This document shows positions 51,101 to 63,200 of a stretch of DNA of 64,000 nucleotides, one piece after another. Under the pieces are notes generated by a model. It made no database searches. It saw only the letters and a list, made by a program, of their open reading frames with translations, and was not told the DNA's origin. Positions within the stretch are counted from its first letter, which is position 1; every line of letters starts with the position of its first letter. The DNA is from the human T2T-CHM13v2.0 reference genome, Homo sapiens. The stretch spans positions 21,056,001-21,120,000 of the forward strand of contig CP086569.2 in assembly GCA_009914755.4 (NCBI GenBank), in the 5' to 3' direction. A program made the translations under genes and the position numbers.

Positions 51101-54100
51101 GACCTTTACGGTGAGTGTTACAGCATTTAAAGGTGATATGTCCATAGTTTGTTCCTTCAGATGTGTGCAGAGTTTCTTCCTTCCGGCAGGTTCATGGTAT
51201 TGCTCACTTCAAGAATGAAGCTGCAGACCTTAGTGGTGAGTGTTACACCACTTAAAGTTGTTATGTCCAGAGTTTGTTCCTTCAGATGTGTCCAGAGTTT
51301 CTTCCTTCTGGCAGGTTCATGGTCTTGCTCACTTCAAGAATGAAGCTGCAGACCTTTACGGTGAGTGTTACAGCATTTAAAGGTGTTATGTCCAGAGTTT
51401 GTTCCTTCAGATGTGTGCAGAGTTTCTTCCTTCCGGCAGGTTCATGGTATTGCTCACTTCAAGAATGAAGCTGCAGACCTTAGTGGTGAGTGTTACACCA
51501 CTTAAAGTTGTTATGTCCAGAGTTTGTTCCTTCAGATGTGTCCAGAGTTTCTTCCTTCTGGCAGGTTCATGGTCTTGCTCACTTCAAGAATGAAGCTGCA
51601 GACCTTTACGGTGAGTGTTACAGCATTTAAAGGTGTTATGTCCAGAGTTTGTTCCTTCAGATGTGTGCAGAGTTTCTTCCTTCCGGCAGGCTCATGGTAT
51701 TGCTCACTTCAAGAATGAAGCTGCAGACCTTAGTGGTGAGTGTTACAGCATTTAAAGGTGTTATGTCCACAGTTTTTTCCAACAGATGTGTCTAGAATTC
51801 CTTACTTCTGGGAGTTTCATGGACTTCCTCATTTCAAGAATGAAGCTGCAAACCTTAGTGGTGAGTTTTACAGCATTTAAAGGTGTTATGTCCAGAGTTT
51901 GTTCCTTCAGATGTGTGCAGAGTTTTTTCCTTCCGGCAGGTTCATGGTATTTCTCACTTCAAGAATGAAGCTGCGGACCTTAGTGGTGAGCGTTACAGCA
52001 CTTAAGTTTTTACGTCCAGAGTTTGTTCCTTCAGATTAGTCCAGAGTTTCTTCCTTCTGGCAGGTTCATGGTCTTGCTCACTTCAAGAATGAAGCTGCAG
52101 ACCCTTACGGTGAGTGTTACAGCACTTAAAGGTGTTATGTCCAGAGTTTGTTCCTTCAGATGTGTCCAGAGTTTCTTCCTTCTGGCAGGTTCATGGTCTT
52201 GCTCATTTCAACAATGAAGCTGCAGACCTTTACTGTCAGTGTTACAGCATTTAAAGGTGTTATGTCCAGAGTTTGTTCCTTCAGATGTGTCAAGAGTTTC
52301 TTCTTTCTGGCAGGATCATGGTCTTGCTCACTTCAAGAATGAAGCTGCAGACCTTAGTGGTGAGCGTTACAGCACTTAAGTTTTTATGTCCAGAGTTTGT
52401 TCCTTCACATAAGTCCAGAGTTTCTTCCTTCTGTCCGGTTTATGGTCTTGCTCACTTCAAGAATGAAGCTGCAGACCTTAGTGGTGAGTGTTACAACACT
52501 TAAAGATGTTATTTCCAGAGTTTGTTCCTTCAGATGTGTCCAGAGTTTCTTCCTTCTGGCAGGTTCATAGCCTTGCTCACTTCAAGAATGAAGCTGCAGA
52601 CCTTTACGGTGAGTGTTACAGCACATAAAGGTGTTATGTCCAGAGTTTGTTCCTTCAGATGTGTCCAGAGTTTCTTCCTTCTGGCAGGTTCATGGTCTGG
52701 CTCACTTCAAGAATGAGGCGGTAGACCTTTACGGTGAGTGTTATAGCATATAAAGGTGTTATGTCCAGAGTTTGTTCCTTCAGATGTGTCCAGTTTCTTC
52801 CTTCTGGCAGGTTCATGGTCTTGCTCACTTCAAGAATGAAACTGTAGAACATTACGGTGAGTGTTACAGCAATGAAAGATGGTATATCCAGAGTTTGTTC
52901 CTTCAGATGTGTCCAGAGTTTCTTTCTTCTGGCAGGTTCATGGTCTTGCTCACTTCAAGAATGAAGCTGCAGACCATTACGGTGAGTGTTACAGCATTTA
53001 AATGTGTTATGTCCAGAGTTTGTTCCATCAGATGTGTCTAGAGTTCCTTACTTCTGGGAGGTTCATAGACTTGCTCATTTCAAGAATGAAGCTGCAGACC
53101 TTTACGGTGAGTGTTATAGCACTTAAAGGTGTTATGTCCAGAGTTTGTTCCTTCCGATGTGTCCAGAGTTTCTTCCTTCTGGCAGGTTCATGGTCTTGCT
53201 CACTTCAAGAATGAAGCTGCAGAACTTAGTGGTGAGTTTTACACACTTAAAGGTGTTATGTCCAGAGTTTTTTCCTTCAGATGTGTCCAGAGTTTCTTCC
53301 TTCTGGCAGGTTCATGGTCTTGCTCACCTCAAGAATGAAGCTGCAGACCTTTACGGTGAGTGTTACAGCATTTAAAGGTGTTAGGTCCAGAGTTTGTTCC
53401 TCCAGATGTGTGCAGAGTTTCTTCCTTCTGGCAGGTTCATGGTATTGCTCACTTCAACAATAAAGCTGCAGACCTTAGTGGTGTGTTTTACAGCACTTAA
53501 GTGTGTTATTTCCAGAGTTTCTTCCTTCAGATGTGTCCAGAGTTTCTTCCTTCTGGCTGGTTCATGGTCTTGCTCACCTCAAGAATGAAGCTGCAGACAT
53601 TTACGGTGAGTGTTACAGCACTTAAAGGTGTTATGTCCAGAGTTTGTTCCTTTAGATGTGTCCAGAGTTTCTCCGTTCTGGCAAGTTCATGGTCTTGCTC
53701 ACTTCAAGAGTGAAGCTGCAGACATTTACGGTGAGTGTTACAGCATTAATGGTGTTATGTACAGAGTTTGTTCCTTCAGATGTGTGCAGAGTTTCTTCCT
53801 TCTGGCAGGTTCATGGTATTGCTCACTTCAAGAATGAAGCTGCAGACCTTAGTGGTGAGTGTTACAGCACTTAAAGTTGTTAAGTCCAGAGTTTGTTCCT
53901 TCAGATGTGTCCAGAGCTTCTTCCCTCTGGCAGGTTCTTGGTCTTGCTCACTTCAAGAGTGAAGCTGCAGACCTTTACGGTGAGTGTTACAGCATTTAAT
54001 GGAGTTATGTCCAGAGTTTCTTACATAAGATGTGTCTAGAGTTCCTTCCTTCTGGGAGGTTCATGGACTTGCTCATTTCAAGAATGAAGCTGAAGACCTT

Positions 54101-54212
54101 AGTGGTGAGTTTTACAGCACTTAAAGGTGTTAGGTCCAGAGTTTGTTCCTTCAGATGTGTCCAGAGTTTCTTCCTTCTGGCAGGTTCATGGTCTTGCTCA
54201 CTTCAAGAATGA
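48154..54212. repeat. Right-hand HOR family with a 4119 bp (33-monomer) period; one full copy and one partial copy
   Basis: ORF pairs at +4119: 48154/52273, 48403/52522, 48653/52772, 48883/53002, 49010/53129, 49275/53394, 49382/53501, 49491/53610, 49537/53656, 49649/53768, 49911/54030. Related spacings are 2869 (47042/49911, 47636/50505), 3869 (50505/54374), 2495 (54374/56869, 53656/56151) and 4490 (53002/57493). Confidence 0.85.
51012..51761. repeat. 250 bp dimer repeated 3 times (A-type 'ggtcttgct...tttacgg' monomer plus B-type 'gtgtgcagag...ggtattgct...ttagtgg' monomer)
   Basis: ORFs at 51149 and 51399 are identical, as are those at 51274 and 51524. The ORF at 51024 is a diverged copy of the one at 51274. 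Confidence 0.88.
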
Positions 54213-57200
54213 AGCTGCAGACCTTAGTGATGATCGTTACAGCACTTAAGTTTTTATGTCCAGAGTTTTTTCCTTCAGATATGTTTAGAGTTTCTTCCTT
54301 CTGGCAGGTTCATGGTCGTGCTCACTTCAAAAATGAAGCTGCAGACCTTTACGGTGAGTGTTACAGCATTTAAATGTGTTATGTCCATAGTTTGTTCCTT
54401 CAGATGTGTGCAGAGTTTCTTCCTTCTGGCAGTACCATGGTATTGCTCACCTCAAGAATGAAGCTGCAGAACTTAGTGGTGAGTGTTACAGCACTTCAAG
54501 TTGTTATGTCCAGAGTTTGTTCCTTCAGATATGTCCAGAGTTTCTTCTTTCTGGCAGGTTCATGTTCTTGCTCACTTTAAGAATGAAGCTGCAGTCCTTT
54601 ACGGTGAGTGTTACATCATTTAAAGGTGTTATGTCCAAATTTTTTTAACTCAGATGTGTCTAGAGTTCCTTCCTTCTGGGAGGTTCATGTACTTGCTCAT
54701 TTCAAGAATGAAGCTGCAGACATTAGTGGTGAGTTTTACAGCACTTAAAGGTGTTATGTCCAGAGTTTGTTCCTTCAGATGTGTCCAGAGTTTCTTCCTT
54801 CTGGCAGGTTCATGGTCTTGCTCACTTCAAGAATGAAACTGCAGACCCTTACGGTGAGTGATACAGACCTTAAAGGTGTTATGTCCAGAGTTTGTTCCTT
54901 CTGATGTGTGCAGAGTTTCTTCCTTCTGGCAGGTTCATGGTATTGCTCACTTCAAGAATGAAGCTGCAGACCTTAGTGGTGAGTGTTGCAGCACTTAAAG
55001 TTGTTATGTCCAGAGTTTGTTCCTTCAGATGTGTCCATTTTCTTCCTTCTGGCTGGTTAATGGTCCTGCTCACTTCATGAATGAAACTGTAGACCTTTAC
55101 GGTGAGTGTTACAGCACTGAAACATGTCATGCCCAGAGTTTGTTCCTTCAGATAGGTCCAGAGTTTATTCTTTCTGGCAGGTTCATAGTCTTGCTCACTT
55201 CAAGGAAGAAGCTGCAGACCTTTACGTTGAGTGTTACAGCACTTAAAGGTGTTATGTCCAGAGTTTGTTCCTTCAGATGTTTCCAGAGTTTCTTTCTTCT
55301 GGCAGGTTCATGGTCTTGCTCACTTCAAGAATGAAGCTCCAGTCATTTACGGTGAGTGTTACAGCACTTAAAGGTGTTATATCCAGAGTTTGTTCCTTCA
55401 GATGTGTCCAGCATTTCTTCCTTCTGGCAGGTTCATGGTCTTGCTCCCCTCAAGAATGAAAATGCAGACCTTTACGGTGAGGGTTACAGCATTTAAAAGT
55501 GTTATGTCCAGAGTTTTTTCCTTCAGATGTGTCCAGAGTTTCTTCCTTCTGACAGGTTCGTCGTCTTGCTCACTTCAAAAATGAAGCTGCACACCTTAGT
55601 GGTGAGTGTTACAGCATTTAAAGGTGTTATGTCCAGAGTTTGTTCCTTCAGATGTGTGCAGAGTTTCTTCCTTCTGGCAGGTTCATGGTCTTGCTCACTT
55701 CAAGAATGAAGCTGCAGAACTTAGTGGTGAGTTTTACACACTTAAAGTTGTTATGTCCAGAGTTTTTTCCTTCAGATGTGTCCAGAGTTTCTTCCTTCTG
55801 GCAGGTTCATGGTCTTGCTCACCTCAAGAATGAAGCTGCAGACCTTTACGGTGAGTGTTACAGCATTTAAAGGTGTTAGGTCCAGAGTTTGTTCCTTCAG
55901 ATGTGAGCAGAGTTTCTTCCTTCTGGCAGGTTCATGGTATTGCTCACTTCAATAATAAAGCTGCAGACGTTAGTGGTGTGTTTTACAGCACTTAAATGTG
56001 TTATGTCCAGAGTTTCTTCCTTCAGATGTGTCCAGAGTTTCTTCCTTCTGGCTGGTTCATGGTCTTGCTCACCTCAAGAATGAAGCTGCAGACCTTTACG
56101 GTGAGTGTTACAGCACTTAAAGGTGTTATGTCCAGAGTTTGTTCCTTTAGATGTGTCCAGAGTTTCTTCCTTCTGGCAAGTTCATGGTCTTGCTCACTTC
56201 AAGAATGAAGCTGCAGACATTTACGGTGAGTGTTACAGCATTAATGGTGTTATGTACAGAGTTTGTTCCTTCAGATGTGTGCAGAGTTTCTTCCTTCTGG
56301 CAGGTTCATGGTATTGCTCACTTCAAGAATGAAGCTGCAGACCTTAGTGGTGAGTGTTACAGCACTTAAAGTTGTTATGTCCAGAGTTTGTTCCTTCAGA
56401 TGTGTCCAGAGTTTCTTCCCTCTGGCAGGTTCTTGGTCTTGCTCACTTCAAGAATGAAGCTGCAGACATTTACGGTGAGTGTTACAGCATTTAATGGAGT
56501 TATGTCCAGAGTTTCTTACATCAGATATGTCTAGAGTTCCTTCCTTCTGGGAGGTTCATGGACTTGCTCATTTCAAGAATGAAGCTGAATACCTTAGTGG
56601 TGAGTTTTACAGCACTTAAAGGTGTTAGGTCCAGAGTTTGTTCCTTCAGATGTGTCCAGAGTTTCTTCCTTCTGGCAGGTTAATGGTCTTGCTCACTTCA
56701 AGAATGAAGCTGCAGACCATAGTGGTGATCGTTACAGCACTTAAGTTTTTATGTCCAGAGTTTTTTCCTTCAGATATGTTTAGAGTTTCTTCCTTCTGGC
56801 AGGTTCATGGTCCTGCTCACTTCAAAAATGAAGCTGCAGACCTTTACGGTGAGTGTTACAGCATTTAAATGTGTTATGTCCATAGTTTGTTCCTTCAGAT
56901 GTGTGCAGAGTTTCTTCCTCCTGGCAGGACCATGGTATTGCTCATCTCAAGAATGAAGCTGCAGAACTTAGTGGTGAGTGTTACAGCACTTCAAGTTGTT
57001 ATGTCCAGACTTTGTTCCTTCAGATATGTCCAGAGTTTCTTCTTTCTTGCTGGTTCATGGTCTTGCTCACTTCAAGAATGAAGCTGCAGTCCTTTACGGT
57101 GAGTGTTACATCATTTAAAGGTGTTATGTCCAAAGTTTTTTTACCTCAGATGTGTCCAGAGTTTCTTCCTTCTGGCAGGTTCATGGTCTTGCTCACTTCA

Positions 57201-60200
57201 AGAATGAGGCGGCAGACCTTTACGGTGAGTGTTACAGCATATAAAGGTGTTATGTCCAGAGTTTGTTCCTTCAGATGTGTCCAGTTTCTTCCTTCTGGCA
57301 GTTTCATGGTCTTGCTCAGTTCAAGAATGAAACTGTAGAACTTTACGGTGAGTGTTACAGCAATGAAAGATGCTATATCCAGAGTTTGTTCCTTCAGATG
57401 TGTCCAGAGTTTCTTCCTTCTGGCAGGTTCATGGTCTTGCTCACTTCAAGAATGAAGCTGCAAACCATTACGGTGAGTGTTACAGCATTTAAATGTGTTG
57501 TGTCCAGAGTTTGTTCCATCAGATGTGTCTAGAGTTCCTTACTTCTGGGAGGTTCATAGACTTGCTCATTTCAAGAATGAAGCTGCAGACCTTTACGGTG
57601 AGTGTTATAGCACTTAAAGGTGTTATGTCCAGAGTTTGTTCCTTCCGATGTGTCCAGAGTTTCTTCCTTCTGGCAGGTTCATGGTCTTGCTCACTTCAAG
57701 AATGAAGCTGCAGAACTTAGTGGTGAGTTTTACACTCTTAAAGGTGTTATGTCCAGAGTTTTTCCTTCAGATGTGTCCAGAGTTTCTTCCTTCTGGCAGG
57801 TTCATGGTCTTGCTCACCTCAAGAATGAAGCTGCAGACATTTACGGTGTGTGTTACAGCATTTAAAGGTGTTAGGTCCAGAGTTTGTTCCTTCAGATGTG
57901 TGCAGAGTTTCTTCCTTCTGGCAGGTTCATGGTATTGCTCACTTCAATAATAAAGCTGCAGACCTTAGTGGTGTGTTTTACAGCACTTAAATGTGTTATG
58001 TCCAGAGTTTCTTCCTTCAGATGTGTCCAGAGTTTCTTCCTTCTGGCTGGTTCATGGTCTTGCTCACCTCAAGAATGAAGCTGCAGACATTTACGGTGAG
58101 TGTTACAGCATTAGTGGTGTTATGTACAGAGTTTGTTCCTTCAGATGTGTGCAGAGTTTCTTCCTTCTGGCAGGTTCATGGTATTGCTCACTTCAAGAAT
58201 GAAGCTGCAGACCTTAGTCGTGAGTGTTACAGCACTTAAAGTTGTTATGTCCAGAGTTTGTTCCTTCAGATGTTTCCAGAGTTTCTTCCCTCTGGCAGGT
58301 TCTTGGTCTTGCTCACTTCAAGAATGAAGCTGCAGACCTTTACGGTGAGTGTTACAGCATTTAATGGAGTTATGTCCAGAGTTTCTTACATCAGATGTGT
58401 CTAGAGTTCCTTCCTTCTGGGAGGTTCATGGACTTGCTCATTTCAAGAATGAAGCTGCAGACCTTAGTGGTGAGTTTTACAGCACTTAAAGGTGTTATGC
58501 CCAGGGTTTGTTCCTTCAGATCTGTCCAGAGATTCTTCCTCCTGGCAGGTTCATTGTCTTGCTCACTTCAAGAATGAAGCTGCAGACCTTAGTGGTGAGC
58601 GTTACAGCACTTACGTTTTTATGTCCAGAGTTTGTTCCTTCAGATAAGTCCAGAGATTCTTCCCTCTGGCAGGTTCATGGTCTTGCTCACTTCAAGAATG
58701 AAACTGCAGACCCTTACGATGAGTGTTACAGCACTTCAAGGGGTTATGTCTAGAGTTTGTTCCTTTCTATGTGTCCAGTTTCTTCCTTCTGGAAGGTTCA
58801 TGGTCTTGCTCACTTCAAGAATGAAACTGTAGACATTTACGGTGAGTGTTACAGCATTGAAAGATGTTATGTCCAGAGTTTGTTCCTCCAGATGTGTCCA
58901 GAGTTTCTTCTTTCTGGCAGGTTCATCGTCTTGCTCACTTCAAGAATGAAGCTGCAGAACTTAGTGGTGAGTTTTACAGCATTTAAAGGTGTTATGTCCA
59001 GAGTTTGTTCCTTCAGATGTGTCCAGAGTTTCTTCCTTCTGGCAGGTTCATGGTCTTGCTCACTTCAAGAATGAAGCTGCAGACCTTAGTGGTGAGTGTT
59101 GCAGCACTTAAAGATGTTATGTCCAGAGATTGTTCCTTCAGATGTGTCCAGAGTTTCTTCCTTCTGGCAGTTTCATGGTCTTGCTCACTTCAAGAATGAA
59201 GCTGCAGACCTTTACGGTCAGTGTTACAGCATTTAAAGGTGTTATGTCCATAGTTTGTTCCTTCAGATGTGTGCAGAGTTTCTTCCTTCTGACAGGTTCA
59301 TGGTATTGCTCACTTCAAGAATGAAGCTGCAGACCTTAGTGGTGAGTGTTACAGCACTTAAAGTTGTTATGTCCAGAGTTTGTTCCTTCAGATGTGTCCA
59401 TTTTCTTTCTTCTGGCTGGTTCATGGTCCTGCTCACTTCAAGAATGAAACAGTAGACCTTTACGGTGAGTGTTACAGCACTGAAACATGTCATGTCCAGA
59501 GTTTGTTCCTTCAGATAGGTCCAGAGTTTCTTCTTTCTGGAAGGTTCATGGTCTTGCTCACTTCAAGAATGAAGCTGCAGACCTTTACGTTGAGTGTTAC
59601 AACACTTAAAGGTGTTATGTCCAGAGTTTTTTCCTTCAGATGTGTCCAGAGTTTCTTTCTTCTGGCACGTTCATGGTCTTGCTCACTTCAAGAATGAAGC
59701 TCCAGTCCTTTACGGGGAGTTTTACAGCACTTAAAGGTGTTATATCCAGAGTTTGTTCCTTCAGATGTGTCCAGAATTTCTTCCTTCTGGCAGGTTCATG
59801 GTCTTGCTCACCTCAAGAATGAAAATGCAGACCTTTACGGTGAGGTTTACAGCATTTAAAAGTGTTATGTCCAGAGTTTTTTCCTTCAGATGTGTATAGA
59901 GTTTCTTCCTTCTGACAGGTTCGTCGTCTTGCTCACTTCAAGAATGAAGCTGCACACCTTAGTGGTGAGTGTTACAGCATTTAAAGGTGTTATGTCCAGA
60001 GTTTGTTCCTTCAGATGTGTGCAGAGTTTCTTCCTTCTGGCAGGTTCATGGTATTGCTCACTTCAAGAATGAAGCTGCAGACCTTAGTGGTGAGTGTTAC
60101 AACACTTAATGTTATTATGTCCAGAGTTTGTTCCTTCAGATGTTTGCAGAGTTTCTTCCTTCTGGCAGGTTCTTGGTCTTGCTCACTTCAAGAATGAAGC

Positions 60201-63200
60201 TGCAGACCTTTACGGTGAGTGTTACAGCATTTAAAGGTGTTATGTCCAGAGTTTCTTACATCAGATGTGTCTAGAGTTCCTTCCTTCTGGGAGGTTCATG
60301 GACTTGCTCATTTCAAGAATGAAGCTGCAGACCTTAGTGGTGAGTTTTACAGCACTTAAAGGTGTTATATCCATGGTTTGTTCCTTCAGATCTGTCCAGA
60401 GATTCTTCTTTCTGGCAGGTTCATTGTCTTGCTCACTTCAAGAATGAAGCTGCAGACCTTAGTGGTGAGCGTTACAGCACTTAAGTTTTTATGTCCAGAG
60501 TTTGTTCCTTCAGATAAGTCCAGAGATTTTTCCTTCTGGCAGGTTCATGGTCTTGCTCACTTCAGGATTGAAACTGTAGACCTTTACGGTGAGTGTTACA
60601 GCAATGAAAGATGCTATATCCAGCGTTTGTTCCTTCAGATGTGTCCAGAGTTTCTTCCTTCTGGCTGGTTCATGGTCTTGCTCACTTCAAGAATGAAGCT
60701 GCAGACCTTTACGGTGAGTGTTACAGCATTTAAAGGTGTTATGTCCAGAGTTTGTTCCTTCAGATGTGTCCAGAGTTTCCTCCTTCTGGCAGGTTCATGG
60801 TCGTGCTCACTTCAAGAATGAAGCTGCAGACCTTAGTGGTGAACGTTACAGCACTTAAGTTTTTATGTCCAGAGTTTGTTCCTTCAGATAAGTCCAGAGA
60901 TTCTTCCTTCTGGCATGTTCATGGTCTTGCTCACTTCAAGAATGAAACTGCAGACCCTTAGGGTGAGCGTTACAGCACTTAAGGGTGTTATGTCTAGAGA
61001 TTGTTCCTTCATATGTGTCCAGTTTCTTCCTTCTGGAAGTTTCATGGTCTTGCTCACTGCAAGAATGAAACTGTAGACCTTTACGGTGAGTGTTACAGCA
61101 CTGAAAGATGTTATGTCCAGAGTTTGTTACTTCAGATATGTCCAGAGTTTCTTCCTTCTGGCAGGTTCATCGTCTTGCTCACTTCAAGAAAGAAGCTGCA
61201 GAACTTAGTGGTGAGTTTTACAGCACTTAAAGGTGTTATGTCCACAGTTTGTTCCTTCAGATGTGTCCAGAGTTTCTTCCTTCTGGCAGGTTCATGGTAT
61301 TGCTCACTTCAAGAATGAAGCTGCAGACCTTAGTGTTTAGTTTTACAGCACTTAAAGGTGTTATGTCCAGAGTTTGTTCCTTCAGATGTGTCCAGAGTTT
61401 CTTCCTTCTGGCAGGTTCCTGGTCTTGCTCACTTCAAGAATGAAGCTGCAGTCCTTTACGTTGAGTGTTACATCATTTAAATGTGTTATGTCCATAGTTT
61501 GTTCCTTCAGATGTGTGCAGAGTTTCTTCCTTCTGGGATGTTCATCTACTTGCTCATTTGAAGAATGAAGCTGCAGACCTTAGTGGTGAGTTTTACAGCA
61601 CTTAAAGGTGTTATGTCCAGAGTTTGTTCCTTCAGATACGTCCAGAGTTTCTTCCTTCTGGCAGGTTCATGGTCTTGCTCACTTCAAGAATGAAGCTGCA
61701 GACCTTTACGGTGAGTGTTACAGCATTTAAAGGTGTTATGTCCAGAGTTTTTTCCATCAGATGTGTCTAGAGTTCCTTACTTCTGGGAGGTTCATGGACT
61801 TGCTCATTTCAAGAATGAAGCTGCAGACCGTAGTGGTGAGTTTTACAGCACTTAAAGGGGTTATGTCCAGAGTTTGTTCCTTCAGATGTGTCCAGAGTTT
61901 CTTCCTTCTGGCAGGTTCATGGTCTTGCTCACTTCAAGAATGAAGCTGCATACCTTAGTGGTGAGCGTTACAGCAGTTAAGTTTTTATGTCCAAAGTTTG
62001 TTCCTTCAGATATGTCCAGAGTTTCTTCCTTCTGGCTGGTTCATGGTCTTGCTCACTTCAAGAATGAAGCTGCAGACCTTTACGGTGAGTGTTACATCAT
62101 TTAAAGGTGTTATGTCCAGAGTTTTTTACATCAGATGTGTCTAGAGTTCCTTCCTTCTGGGAGGTTCATGGATTTGCTCATTTCAAGAATGAAGCTGCAG
62201 ACCTTAGTGGTGAGTTTTACAGCAACGTAAAGGTGTTATGTCCAGAGTTTGTTCCTTCAGATGTGTCCAGAGTTTCTTCCTTCTGGCAGGTTCATGGTCT
62301 TGGTCACTTCAAGAATGAAGCTGCAGAACTTAGTGGTGAGTTTTACAGCACTTAAAGGTGTTATGTCCAGAGTTTGTTCCTTCAGATGTGTCCAGAGTTT
62401 CTTCCTTCTGGCAGGTTCATGGTCTTGCTCACTTCAAGAATGAAGCTGCAGACCTTTACGTTGAGTGTTACAGCACTTAAAGGTGTTATGTCCAGAGATT
62501 GTTCCTTCAGATGTGTCCAGAGTTTCTTCCTTCTGGCAGGTTCATTGTCTTGCTCACTTCAAGAATGAAGCTGCGGACCTTAGTGGTGAGCGTTACAGCA
62601 CTTAAGTTTTTATGTCCACAGTTTGTTCCTTCAGATAAGTCCAGAGTTTCTTCCTTCTGGCAGGTTCATGGTCTTGCTCAATTCAAGAATGAAGCTGCAG
62701 ACCTTTACGGTGAGTGCTACAGCACTTAAAGGTGTTATGTCCATAGATTGTTCCTTCAGATGTGTCCAGTTTCTTCCTTCTGGCAGGTTCATGGACTTGC
62801 TCACTTCAAGAATGAAACTGTAGACCTTTACGGTGAGTGTTACAGCAAAGAAGGATGCTATGTCCAGAGTTTGTTCCTTCAGATGTGTCCAGAGTTTCTT
62901 CCTTCTGGCAGGTTCATGGTCTTCCTCACTTCAAGAATGAAGCTGCAGACCTTTTCGGTGAGTGTTACAGCATTTAAAGGTGTTCTGTCCATAGTTTGTT
63001 CCTTCAGATGTGTGCAGAGTTTCTTCCTTCTGGCAGTTCGTGGTATTGCTCACTTCAAGAATGATGCTGCAGTCCTTAGTGGTGAGTGTTACAGCACTTA
63101 AAGTTGTTATGTCCAGAGTTTGTTCCTTCAGATGTGTCCAGAGTTTCTTCCTGCTGGCAGGTTCATGGTCTTGCTCACTTCAAGAATGAAGCTGCAGACC

